A DNA stretch of 64,000 bases from the NCBI GenBank assembly GCA_964016885.1, contig OZ024744.1, positions 124,000,001 through 124,064,000 of the forward strand, in the 5' to 3' direction. The stretch is from Eledone cirrhosa. Its lineage: Eukaryota. Of this stretch, positions 1 through 14,400 are shown piece by piece. The notes below the pieces were generated by a model. The model was given only the letters and a program-made list of their open reading frames with translations, was not told the DNA's origin and made no database searches. Made by a program: the position numbers and the translations under genes. Position 1 is the stretch's first letter; every line of letters starts with the position of its first letter.

Positions 1-3000
1 ACTTGTCCAACCCATGTATGTAGGACAATAGTCTGTAATAACTTGTCCAACCCATGTATGGAGGACAATAGTCTGTAATAACTTGTCCAACCCATGTATG
101 TAGGATAATAGTCTGTAATAACTTGTCCAACCAATGACAGGTAGGGCAATAGTCTGTAATAACTTGTCCAACCCATGTATGTAGGACAATAGTCTGTAAT
201 AACTTGTCCAACCCATGTATGTAGGACAAAGTCTGTAATAACTTGTCCAACCCATGACAGGTAGGATAATAGTCTGTAATAACTTGTCCAACCCATGACA
301 GGTAGGACAATAGTCTGTAATAACTTGTCCAACCCATGTATGTAGAACAATAGTCTGTAATAACTTGTCGAACCCATGACAGGTAGGACAATAGTCTGTA
401 ATAACTTGTCCAACCCATGACAGGTAGGACAATAGTCTGTAATAACTTGTCCAACCCATGACAGGTAGGACAATAGTCTGTAATAACTCGTCCAACCCAT
501 GTATATAGGACAATAGTCTGTAATAACTTGTCCAACCCATGACAGGTAGGATAATAGTCTGTAATAACTTGTCCAACCCATGACAGGTAGGACAATAGTC
601 TGTAATAACTTGTCCAACCCATGTATGTAGGACAATAGTCTGTAATAACTTGTCCAACCCATGACAGGTAGGACTATAGTCTGTAATAACTTGTCCAACC
701 CATGACACGTAGGACAATAGTCTGTAATAGCTTGTCCAACCCATGACAGGTAAGACAATAGTCTGTAATAACTTATCCAACCCATGACAGGTAGGACAAT
801 AGTCTGTAATAACTTGTCCAACCCATGACAGGTAAGACAATAGTCTGTAATAACTTGTACAACCCATGCCAGGTAGGACAATAGTCTGTAATAACTTGTC
901 CAACCCATGACAGGTAAGACAATAGTCTGTAATAACTTGTCCAACCCATGACAGGTAGGACAATAGTCTGTAATAACTTGTCCAACCCATGACAGGTAGG
1001 AAATAGTCTGTAATAACTTGTCCAACCCCTGTATATAGGACAATAGTCTGTAATAACTTGTCCAGCCCATGACAGGTAGGACAATAGTCTGTAATAACTT
1101 GTCCAACCCATGCCAGGTAGGACAAAGTCTGTAAACACTTGTCCAACCCATGACAGGTAGGGCAATAGTCTGTAATAACTTGTCCAACCCTTGACAGGTA
1201 GGACAATAGTCTGTAATAACTTGTCCAACCCATGTATGTAGGACAATAGTCTGTAATAACTTGTCCAACCCATGTATGTAGGACAATAGTCTGTAATAAC
1301 TTGTCCAACCCATGTATGTAGGACAATAGTCTGTAATAACTTGTCCAACCCATGACAGGTAGGACAATAGTCTGTAATAACTTGTCCAACCTATGTATGT
1401 AGGACAATAGTCTGTAATAACTTGTCCAACCCATGTATGTAGGACAATAGTCTGTAATAACTTGTCCCACCCATGACAGGTAGGACAATAGTCTGTAATA
1501 ACTTGTCCAACCCATGTATGTAGGACAATAGTCTGTAATAACTTGTCCAACCCATGACAGCTAGGACAATAGTCTGTAATAACTTGTCCAACCCATGTAT
1601 GTAGGACTATAGTCAGTAATAACTTGTCCAACCCATGACAGGTAGGACAATAGTCTGTAATAACTTGTCCAATCCATGACAGGTAGGACAATAGTCTGTA
1701 ATACCTTGTCCAACCAATGACAGGTAGGACAATAGTTTGTAATAACTTGTCCAACCAACGACAGGTAGGACAATAGTCTGTAATAACTTGTTCAACCCAT
1801 GTATGTAGGACAATAGTCTGTAATAACTTGTCCAACCCATGACAGGTAAGAGAATAGTCTGTAATAACTTGTCCAACCCATGTATGTAGGTCAATAGCCT
1901 GTAATAACTTGTCCAACCCATGGCAGGTAGGACAATAGTCTGTAATAAATTGTCCAACCCATGACAGGTAGGACAATAGTCTGTAATAACTTGTCCAACC
2001 CATGACAGGTAGGAAAATAGTCTGTAATAACTCGTCCAACCCATGTATGTAGGACAATAGTCTGTAATAACTTGTCCAACCCATGACAGGTAGGGCAATA
2101 GTCTGTAATAACTTGTCCAACCCATGACAGGTAGGGCAATAGTCTGTAATAACTTGTCCAACCCATGTATGTAGGACAATAGTCTGTAATAACTTGTCTC
2201 GCCCTTGACATGTAGGACAATAGTCTGTAATAACTTGTCCAACCCATGACAGATAGGACAATAGTCTGTAATAACTTTTCCAACCCTTGACAGGTAGGAC
2301 AATAGTCTGTAATAACTTGTCCAACCCATGACAGGTAGGACAATAGTCTGTAATAACTTGTCCAACCCATGACAGGTAGGACAATAGTCTGTAATAACTT
2401 GTCCAACCCATGTATGTAGGACAATAGTCTGTAATAACTTGTCCAACCCATGTATGGAGGACAATAATCTGTAATAACTTGTCCAACCCATGTATGTAGG
2501 ATAATAGTCTGTAATAACTTGTCCCACCAATGACAGGTAGGGCAATTGTCTGTAATAACTTGTCCAACCCATGTATGTAGGACAATAGTCTGTAATAACT
2601 TGTCCAACCCATGTATGTAGGACAAAGTCTGTAATAACTTGTCCAACCCATGACAGGTAGGATAATAGTCTGTAATAACTTGTCCAACCCATGACAGGTA
2701 GGACAATAGTCTGTAATAACTTGTCCAACCCATGTATGTAGAACAATAGTCTGTAATAACTTGTCGAACCCATGACAGGTAGGACAATAGTCTGTAATAA
2801 CTTGTCCAACCAATGACAGGTAAGACAATAGTCTGTAATAACTTGTCCAACCCATGCCAGGTAGGACAATAGTCTGTAATAACTTGTCCAACCCATGTAT
2901 ATAGGACAATAGTCTGTAATAACTTGTCCAACCCATGTATGTAGGACAATAGTCTGTAATAACTTGTCCAACCCATGACAGGTAGGACAATAGTCTGTAA

Positions 3001-6000
3001 TAACTTGTCCAACCCATGACAGGTAGGACAAGAGTCTGTAATAACTCGTCCAACCCATGTATATAGGACAATAGTCTGTAATAACTTGTCCAACCCATGT
3101 ATGTAGGACAATAGTCTGTAATAACTTGTCCAACCCATGACAGGTAGGACAATAGTCTGTAATAACCTGTCCAACCCATGTATGTAGGACAATAGTCTGT
3201 AATAACTTGTCCAACCCATGACAGGTAGGACTATAGTCTGTAATAACTTGTCCAACCCATGTATGTAGGACAATAGTCTGTAATAACTTGTCCAACCCAT
3301 GACAGGTAGGACTATAGTCTGTAATAACTTGTCCAACCCATGTATGTAGGACAATAGTCTGTAATAACTTGTCCAACCAATGACACGTAGGACAATAGTC
3401 TGTAATAGCTTGTCCAACCCATGACAGGTAAGACAAAAGTCTGTAATAACTTATCCAACCCATGACAGGTAGGACAATAGTCTGTAATAACTTGTCCAAC
3501 CCATGACAGGTAAGACAATAGTCTGTAATAACTTGTACAACCCATGCCAGGTAGGACAATAGTCTGTAATAACTTGTCCAACCCATGACAGGTAAGACAA
3601 TAGTCTGTAATAACTTGTCCAACCCATGACAGGTAGGACAATAGTCTGTAATAACTTGTCCAACCCATGACAGGTAGGAAATAGTCTGTAATAACTTGTC
3701 CAACCCCTGTATATAGGACAATAGTCTGTAATAACTTGTCCAGCCCATGACAGGTAGGACAATAGTCTGTAATAACTTGTCCAACCCATGCCAGGTAGGA
3801 CAAAGTCTGTAAACACTTGTCCAACCCATGACAGGTAGGGCAATAGTCTGTAATAACTTGTCCAACCCTTGACAGGTAGGACAATAGTCTGTAATAACTT
3901 GTTCAACCCATGTATGTAGGACAATAGTCTGTAATAACTTGTCCAACCCATGTATGTAGGACAATAGTCTGTAATAACTTGTCCAACCCATGACAGGTAG
4001 GACAATAGTCTGTAATAACTTGTCCAACCTATGTATGTAGGACAATAGTCTGTAATAACTTGTCCAACCCATGTATGTAGGACAATAGTCTGTAATAACT
4101 TGTCCCACCCATGACAGGTAGGACAATAGTCTGTAATAACTTGTCCAACCCATGTATGTAGGACAATAGTCTGTAATAACTTGTCCAACCCATGACAGGT
4201 AGGACAATAGTCTGTAATAACTTGTCCAACCCATGACAGCTAGGACAATAGTCTGTAATAACTTGTCCAACCCATGTATGTAGGACTATAGTCAGTAATA
4301 ACTTGTCCAACCCATGACAGGTAGGACAATAGTCTGTAATAACTTGTCCAATCCATGACAGGTAGGACAATAGTCTGTAATACCTTGTCCAACCAATGAC
4401 AGGTAGGACACTAGTTTGTAATAACTTGTCCAACCAACGACAGGTAGGACAATAGTCTGTAATAACTTGTTCAACCCATGTATGTAGGACAATAGTCTGT
4501 AATAACTTGTCCAACCCATGACAGGTAAGAGAATAGTCTGTAATAACTTGTCCAACCCATGTATGTAGGTCAATAGCCTGTAATAACTTGTCCAACCCAT
4601 GGCAGGTAGGACAATAGTCTGTAATAACTTGTCCAACCCATGACAGGTAGGACAATAGTCTGTAATAACTCGTCCAACCCATGTATGTAGGACAATAGTC
4701 TGTAATAACTTGTCCAACCCATGACAGGTAAAACAATATTCTGTAATAACTTGTCCAACCCATGTATGTAGGACAATAGTCTGTAATAACTTGTCCCACC
4801 CATGACAGGTAGGACAATAGTCTGTAATAACTTGTCCAACCAATGACAGGTAAGACAATAGTCTGTAATAACTTGTCCAACCCATGCCAGGTAGGACAAT
4901 AGTCTGTAATAACTCGTCCAACCCATGTATATAGGACAATAGTCTGTAAACACTTGTCCAACCCATGTATGTAGGACAATAGTCTGTAATAACTTGTCCA
5001 ACCCATGACAGGTAGGACAATAGTCTGTAATAACTTGTCCAACCCATGACAGGTAGGACAATAGTCTGTAATAACTCGTCCAACCCATGTATATAGGACA
5101 ATAGTCTGTAATAACTTGTCCAACCCATGTATGTAGGACAATAGTCTGTAATAACTTGTCCAACCCATGACAGGTAGGACAGTAGTCTGTAATAACTTGT
5201 CCAACCCATGTCTGTAGGACAATAGTCTGTAATAACTTGTCCAACCCATAACAGGTAGGACTATAGTCTGTAATAACTTGTCCAACCCATGACAGGTAGG
5301 ACAATAGTCTGTAATAGCTTGTCCAACCCATGACAGGTAAGACAATAGTCTGTAATAACTTATCCAACCCATGACAGGTAGGACAATAGTCTGTAATAAC
5401 TTGTCCAACCCATGACAGCTAGGACAATAGTCTGTAATAACTTGTCCAACCCATGTATGTAGGACAATAGTCTGTAATAACTTGTCTCGCCCTTGACATG
5501 TAGGACAATAGTCTGTAATAACTTGTCCAACCCATGACAGATAGGACAATAGTCTGTAATAACTTTTCCAACCCTTGACAGGTAGGACAATAGTCTGTAA
5601 TAACTTGTCCATCCCATGACAGGTAGGACAATAGTCTGTAATAACTTGTCCAACCCATGTATGTAGGACAATAGTATGTAATAACTTGTCCAACCCATGT
5701 ATATAGGACAATAGTCTGTAATAACTTGTCCAACCCATGACAGGTAGGATAATAGTCTGTAATAACTTGTCCAACCCATGACAGGTAGGACAATAGTCTG
5801 TAATAACTTGTCCAACCCATGACAGCTAGGACAATAGTCTGTAATAACTTGTCCAACCCATGTATGTAGGACAATAGTCTGTAATAACTTGTCTCGCCCT
5901 TGACATGTAGGACAATAGTCTGTAATAACTTGTCCAACCCATGACAGATAGGACAATAGTCTGTAATAACTTTTCCAACCCTTGACAGGTAGGACAATAG

Positions 6001-9000
6001 TCTGTAATAACTTGTCCATCCCATGACAGGTAGGACAATAGTCTGTAATAACTTGTCCAACCCATGTATGTAGGACAATAGTCTGTAATAACTTGTCCAA
6101 CCCATGTATGGAGGACAATAGTCTGTAATAACTTGTCCAACCCATGTATGTAGGATAATAGTCTGTAATAACTTGTCCAACCAATGACAGGTAGGGCAAT
6201 AGTCTGTAATAACTTGTCCAACCCATGTATGTAGGACAATAGTCTGTAATAACTTGTCCAACCCATGTATGTAGGACAAAGTCTGTAATAACTTGTCCAA
6301 CCCATGACAGGTAGGATAATAGTCTGTAATAACTTGTCCAACCCATGACAGGTAGGACAATAGTCTGTAATAACTTGTCCAACCCATGTATGTAGAACAA
6401 TAGTCTGTAATAACTTGTCGAACCCATGACAGGTAGGACAATAGTCTGTAATAACTTGTCCAACCCATGACAGGTAGGACAATAGTCTGTAATAACTTGT
6501 CCAACCCATGACAGGTAGGACAATAGTCTGTAATAACTCGTCCAACCCATGTATATAGGACAATAGTCTGTAATAACTTGTCCAACCCATGACAGGTAGG
6601 ATAATAGTCTGTAATAACTTGTCCAACCCATGACAGGTAGGACAATAGTCTGTAATAACTTGTCCAACCCATGTATGTAGGACAATAGTCTGTAATAACT
6701 TGTCCAACCCATGACAGGTAGGACTATAGTCTGTAATAACTTGTCCAACCCATGACACGTAGGACAATAGTCTGTAATAGCTTGTCCAACCCATGACAGG
6801 TAAGACAATAGTCTGTAATAACTTATCCAACCCATGACAGGTAGGACAATAGTCTGTAATAACTTGTCCAACCCATGACAGGTAAGACAATAGTCTGTAA
6901 TAACTTGTACAACCCATGCCAGGTAGGACAATAGTCTGTAATAACTTGTCCAACCCATGACAGGTAAGACAATAGTCTGTAATAACTTGTCCAACCCATG
7001 ACAGGTAGGACAATAGTCTGTAATAACTTGTCCAACCCATGACAGGTAGGAAATAGTCTGTAATAACTTGTCCAACCCCTGTATATAGGACAATAGTCTG
7101 TAATAACTTGTCCAGCCCATGACAGGTAGGACAATAGTCTGTAATAACTTGTCCAACCCATGCCAGGTAGGACAAAGTCTGTAAACACTTGTCCAACCCA
7201 TGACAGGTAGGGCAATAGTCTGTAATAACTTGTCCAACCCTTGACAGGTAGGACAATAGTCTGTAATAACTTGTCCAACCCATGTATGTAGGACAATAGT
7301 CTGTAATAACTTGTCCAACCCATGTATGTAGGACAATAGTCTGTAATAACTTGTCCAACCCATGTATGTAGGACAATAGTCTGTAATAACTTGTCCAACC
7401 CATGACAGGTAGGACAATAGTCTGTAATAACTTGTCCAACCTATGTATGTAGGACAATAGTCTGTAATAACTTGTCCAACCCATGTATGTAGGACAATAG
7501 TCTGTAATAACTTGTCCCACCCATGACAGGTAGGACAATAGTCTGTAATAACTTGTCCAACCCATGTATGTAGGACAATAGTCTGTAATAACTTGTCCAA
7601 CCCATGACAGCTAGGACAATAGTCTGTAATAACTTGTCCAACCCATGTATGTAGGACTATAGTCAGTAATAACTTGTCCAACCCATGACAGGTAGGACAA
7701 TAGTCTGTAATAACTTGTCCAATCCATGACAGGTAGGACAATAGTCTGTAATACCTTGTCCAACCAATGACAGGTAGGACAATAGTTTGTAATAACTTGT
7801 CCAACCAACGACAGGTAGGACAATAGTCTGTAATAACTTGTTCAACCCATGTATGTAGGACAATAGTCTGTAATAACTTGTCCAACCCATGACAGGTAAG
7901 AGAATAGTCTGTAATAACTTGTCCAACCCATGTATGTAGGTCAATAGCCTGTAATAACTTGTCCAACCCATGGCAGGTAGGACAATAGTCTGTAATAAAT
8001 TGTCCAACCCATGACAGGTAGGACAATAGTCTGTAATAACTTGTCCAACCCATGACAGGTAGGAAAATAGTCTGTAATAACTCGTCCAACCCATGTATGT
8101 AGGACAATAGTCTGTAATAACTTGTCCAACCCATGACAGGTAGGGCAATAGTCTGTAATAACTTGTCCAACCCATGACAGGTAGGGCAATAGTCTGTAAT
8201 AACTTGTCCAACCCATGTATGTAGGACAATAGTCTGTAATAACTTGTCTCGCCCTTGACATGTAGGACAATAGTCTGTAATAACTTGTCCAACCCATGAC
8301 AGATAGGACAATAGTCTGTAATAACTTTTCCAACCCTTGACAGGTAGGACAATAGTCTGTAATAACTTGTCCAACCCATGACAGGTAGGACAATAGTCTG
8401 TAATAACTTGTCCAACCCATGACAGGTAGGACAATAGTCTGTAATAACTTGTCCAACCCATGTATGTAGGACAATAGTCTGTAATAACTTGTCCAACCCA
8501 TGTATGGAGGACAATAATCTGTAATAACTTGTCCAACCCATGTATGTAGGATAATAGTCTGTAATAACTTGTCCCACCAATGACAGGTAGGGCAATTGTC
8601 TGTAATAACTTGTCCAATCCATGTATGTAGGACAATAGTCTGTAATAACTTGTCCAACCCATGTATGTAGGACAAAGTCTGTAATAACTTGTCCAACCCA
8701 TGACAGGTAGGATAATAGTCTGTAATAACTTGTCCAACCCATGACAGGTAGGACAATAGTCTGTAATAACTTGTCCAACCCATGTATGTAGAACAATAGT
8801 CTGTAATAACTTGTCGAACCCATGACAGGTAGGACAATAGTCTGTAATAACTTGTCCAACCAATGACAGGTAAGACAATAGTCTGTAATAACTTGTCCAA
8901 CCCATGCCAGGTGGGACAATAGTCTGTAATAACTTGTCCAACCCATGTATATAGGACAATAGTCTGTAATAACTTGTCCAACCCATGTATGTAGGACAAT

Positions 9001-11451
9001 AGTCTGTAATAACTTGTCCAACCCATGACAGGTAGGACAATAGTCTGTAATAACTTGTCCAACCCATGACAGGTAGGACAAGAGTCTGTAATAACTCGTC
9101 CAACCCATGTATATAGGACAATAGTCTGTAATAACTTGTCCAACCCATGTATGTAGGACAATAGTCTGTAATAACTTGTCCAACCCATGACAGGTAGGAC
9201 AATAGTCTGTAATAACCTGTCCAACCCATGTATGTAGGACAATAGTCTGTAATAACTTGTCCAACCCATGACAGGTAGGACTATAGTCTGTAATAACTTG
9301 TCCAACCCATGTATGTAGGACAATAGTCTGTAATAACTTGTCCAACCCATGACAGGTAGGACTATAGTCTGTAATAACTTGTCCAACCCATGTATGTAGG
9401 ACAATAGTCTGTAATAACTTGTCCAACCAATGACACGTAGGACAATAGTCTGTAATAGCTTGTCCAACCCATGACAGGTAAGACAAAAGTCTGTAATAAC
9501 TTATCCAACCCATGACAGGTAGGACAATAGTCTGTAATAACTTGTCCAACCCATGACAGGTAAGACAATAGTCTGTAATAACTTGTACAACCCATGCCAG
9601 GTAGGACAATAGTCTGTAATAACTTGTCCAACCCATGACAGGTAAGACAATAGTCTGTAATAACTTGTCCAACCCATGACAGGTAGGACAATAGTCTGTA
9701 ATAACTTGTCCAACCCATGACAGGTAGGAAATAGTCTGTAATAACTTGTCCAACCCCTGTATATAGGACAATAGTCTGTAATAACTTGTCCAGCCCATGA
9801 TAGGTAGGACAATAGTCTGTAATAACTTGTCCAACCCATGCCAGGTAGGACAAAGTCTGTAAACACTTGTCCAACCCATGACAGGTAGGGCAATAGTCTG
9901 TAATAACTTGTCCAACCCTTGACAGGTAGGACAATAGTCTGTAATAACTTGTTCAACCCATGTATGTAGGACAATAGTCTGTAATAACTTGTCCAACCCA
10001 TGTATGTAGGACAATAGTCTGTAATAACTTGTCCAACCCATGACAGGTAGGACAATAGTCTGTAATAACTTGTCCAACCTATGTATGTAGGACAATAGTC
10101 TGTAATAACTTGTCCAACCCATGTATGTAGGACAATAGTCTGTAATAACTTGTCCCACCCATGACAGGTAGGACAATAGTCTGTAATAACTTGTCCAACC
10201 CATGTATGTAGGACAATAGTCTGTAATAACTTGTCCAACCCATGACAGGTAGGACAATAGTCTGTAATAACTTGTCCAACCCATGACAGCTAGGACAATA
10301 GTCTGTAATAACTTGTCCAACCCATGTATGTAGGACTATAGTCAGTAATAACTTGTCCAACCCATGACAGGTAGGACAATAGTCTGTAATAACTTGTCCA
10401 ATCCATGACAGGTAGGACAATAGTCTGTAATACCTTGTCCAACCAATGACAGGTAGGACAATAGTTTGTAATAACTTGTCCAACCAACGACAGGTAGGAC
10501 AATAGTCTGTAATAACTTGTTCAACCCATGTATGTAGGACAATAGTCTGTAATAACTTGTCCAACCCATGACAGGTAAGAGAATAGTCTGTAATAACTTG
10601 TCCAACCCATGTATGTAGGTCAATAGCCTGTAATAACTTGTCCAACCCATGGCAGGTAGGACAATAGTCTGTAATAAATTGTCCAACCCATGACAGGTAG
10701 GACAATAGTCTGTAATAACTTGTCCAACCCATGACAGGTAGGACAATAGTCTGTAATAACTCGTCCAACCCATGTATGTAGGACAATAGTCTGTAATAAC
10801 TTGTCCAACCCATGACAGGTAAGACAATATTCTGTAATAACTTGTCCAACCCATGTATGTAGGACAATAGTCTGTAATAACTTGTCCCACCCATGACAGG
10901 TAGGACAATAGTCTGTAATAACTTGTCCAACCAATGACAGGTAAGACAATAGTCTGTAATAACTTGTCCAACCCATGCCAGGTAGGACAATAGTCTGTAA
11001 TAACTCGTCCAACCCATGTATATAGGACAATAGTCTGTAAACACTTGTCCAACCCATGTATGTAGGACAATAGTCTGTAATAACTTGTCCAACCCATGAC
11101 AGGTAGGACAATAGTCTGTAATAACTTGTCCAACCCATGACAGGTAGGACTATAGTCTGTAATAACTCGTCCAACCCATGTATATAGGACAATAGTCTGT
11201 AATAACTTGTCCAACCCATGTATGTAGGACAATAGTCTGTAATAACTTGTCCAACCCATGACAGGTAGGACAGTAGTCTGTAATAACTTGTCCAACCCAT
11301 GTCTGTAGGACAATAGTCTGTAATAACTTGTCCAACCCATAACAGGTAGGACTATAGTCTGTAATAACTTGTCCAACCCATGACAGGTAGGACAATAGTC
11401 TGTAATAGCTTGTCCAACCCATGACAGGTAAGACAATAGTCTGTAATAACT
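1..11451. repeat. Higher-order duplication, period 6050 bp (6091 after a one-monomer indel): 1-~5360 vs 6051-~11451
   Basis: ORF pairs are offset by exactly 6050 (773/6823, 1613/7663, 1891/7941, 3451/9501), and sequence at 6051 reproduces position 1 onward. Differences seen: SNPs near 2568/8618, 2863/8913, 3751/9801, 4411/10461, 4732/10823, plus one extra 41-bp monomer near 10680. Confidence 0.93.
5400..6090. repeat. Small local duplication, period 407 bp (10 monomers)
   Basis: GACAGCT at 5414 and 5821, each followed by the same marker order (TCTCGCCCTT, GACAGAT, TTTTCC, GTCCATCCC). 407 = 7x41 + 3x40. Confidence 0.85.
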
Positions 11452-11453
11452 TG

Positions 11454-14400
11454 TCCAACCCATGACAGGTAGGACAATAGTCTGTAATAACTTGTCCAAC
11501 CCATGACAGGTAGGACAATAGTCTGTAATAACTTGTCCAACCCATGTATATAGGACAATAGTCTGTAATAACTTGTCCAACCCATGTATGTAGGACAATA
11601 GTCTGTAATAACTTGTCCAACCCATGTATGTAGGACAATAGTCTGTAATAACTTGTCCAACCCATGACAGGTAGGACAATAATCTGTAATAACTTGTCCA
11701 ACCCATGACAGGTAGGACAATAGTCTGTAATAACTTGTCCAACCCATGACAGGTAGGACAATAGTCTGTAATAACTTGTCCAACCCATGTATGTAGGACA
11801 ATAGTCTGTAATAACTTGTCCAACCCATGTATGGAGGACAATAGTCTGTAATAACTTGTCTCGCCCATGACAGGTAGGACAATAGTCTGTAATAACCTGT
11901 CCAACCCATGTATGTAGGACAATAGTCTGTAATAACTTGTCCAACCCATGACAGGTAGGACAATAGTCTGTAATAACTTGTCCAACCCATGTATGTAGGA
12001 CAATAGTCTGTAATAACTTGTCCAACCCATGTATGGAGGACAATAGTCTGTAATAACTTGTCCAACCCATGTATGTAGGATAATAGTCTGTAATGACTTG
12101 TCCAACCAATGACAGGTAGGGCAATAGTCTGTAATAACTTGTCCAACCCATGACAGGTAGGACAATAGTCTGTAATAACTTGTCCAACCCATGACAGGTA
12201 GGACGATAGTCTGTAATAACTTGTCCAACCCATGTATGTAGGACAATAGTCTGTAATAACTTGTCCAACCCATGTATGGAGGACAATAGTCTGTAATAAC
12301 TTGTCCAGCCCATGTATGTAGGATAATAGTCTGTAATAACTTGTCCAACCAATGACAGGTAGGGCAATAGTCTGTAATAACTTGTCCAACCCATGTATGT
12401 AGGACAATAGTCTGTAATAACTTGTTCAACCCATGTATGTAGGACAATAGTCTGTAATAACTTGTGTCGCCCTTGACATGTAGGACAATAGTCTGTAATA
12501 ACTTGTCCAACCCATGACAGATGGGACAATAGTCTGTAATAACTTGTCCAACCCTTGACAGGTAGGACAATAGTCTGTAATAACTTGTCCAACCCATGAC
12601 AGGTAGGACAATAGTCTGTAATAACTTGTCCAACCCATGACAGGTAGGACAATAGTCTGTAATAACTTGTCCAACCCATGACATGTAGGACAAAGTCTGT
12701 AATAACTTGTCCAACCCATGTATGTAGGACAAAGTCTGTAATAACTTGTCCAACCCATGACAGGTAGGACAATAGTCTGTAATAACTTGTCCAACCCATG
12801 ACAGGTAGGATAATAGTCTGTAATAACTTGTCCAACCCATGACAGGTAGGACAATAGTCTGTAATAACTTGTCCAACCCATGTATGTAGAACAATAGTCT
12901 GTAATAACTTGTCCAACCCATGACAGGTAGGACTATAGTCTGTAATAACTTGTCCAACCCATGACAGGTAGGACACTAGTCTGTAATAGCTTGTGCAACC
13001 CATGACAGGTAAGACACTAGTCTGTAATAACTTATCCAACCCATGATAGGTAGGACAATAGTCTGTAATAACTTGTCCAACCCATGACAGGTAAGACAAT
13101 AGTCTGTAATAACTTGTTCAACCTATGCCAGGTAGGACAATAGTCTGTAATAACTTGTCCAACCCATGACAGGTAAGACAATAGTCTGTAATAACTTGTC
13201 CAACCCATGACAGGTAGGAAATAGTCTGTAATAACTTGCCAACCCATCTATATAGGACAATAGTCTGTAATAACTTGTCCAGCCCATGACAGGTAGGACA
13301 ATAGTCTGTAATAACTTGTCCAACCCATGACAGGTAGGGCAATAGTCTGTAATAACTTGTCCAACCCATGACAGGTAGGGCAATAGTCTGTAATAACTTG
13401 TCCAACCCATGACAGGTAGGGCAATAGTCTGTAATAACTTATCCAACCCATGTATGTAGGACAATAGTCTGTAATAACTTGTCTCGCCCTTGACATGTAG
13501 GACAATAGTCTGTAATAACTTGTCCAACCCATGACAGATAGGACAATAGTCTGTAATAACTTTTCCAACCCTTGACAGGTAGGACAATAGTCTGTAATAA
13601 CTTGTCCAACCCATGACAGGTAGGACAATAGTCTGTAATAACTTGTCCAACCCATGACAGGTAGGACAATAGTCTGTAATAACTTGTCCAACCCATGTAT
13701 GTAGGACAATAGTTTGTAATAACTTGTCCAACCCATGTATGGAGGACAATAGTCTGTAATAACTTGTCCAACCCATGTATGTAGGATAATAGTCTGTAAT
13801 AACTTGTCCAACCAATGACAGGTAGGGCAATAGTCTGTAATAACTTGTCCAACCCATGTATGTAGGACAATAGTCTGTAATAACTTGTCCAACCCATGTA
13901 TGTAGGACAAAGTCTGTAATAACTTGTCCAACCCATGACAGGTAGGATAATAGTCTGTAATAACTTGTCCAACCCATGACAGGTAGGACAATAGTCTGTA
14001 ATAACTTGTCCAACCCATGTATGTAGAACAATAGTCTGTAATAACTTGTCGAACTCATGACAGGTAGGACAATAGTCTGTAATAACTTGTCCAACCAATG
14101 ACAGGTAAGACAATAGTCTGTAATAACTTGTCCAACCCATGCCAGGTAGGACAATAGTCTGTAATAACTTGTCCAACCCATGTATATAGGACAATAGTCT
14201 GTAATAACTTGTCCAACCCATGTATGCAGGACAATAGTCTGTAATAACTTGTCCATCCCATGACAGGTAGGACAATAGTCTGTAATAACTTGTCCAACCC
14301 ATGTATGTAGGACAATAGTCTGTAATAACTTGTCCAACCCATGTATGGAGGACAATAGTCTGTAATAACTTGTCTCGCCCATGACAGGTAGGACAATAGT

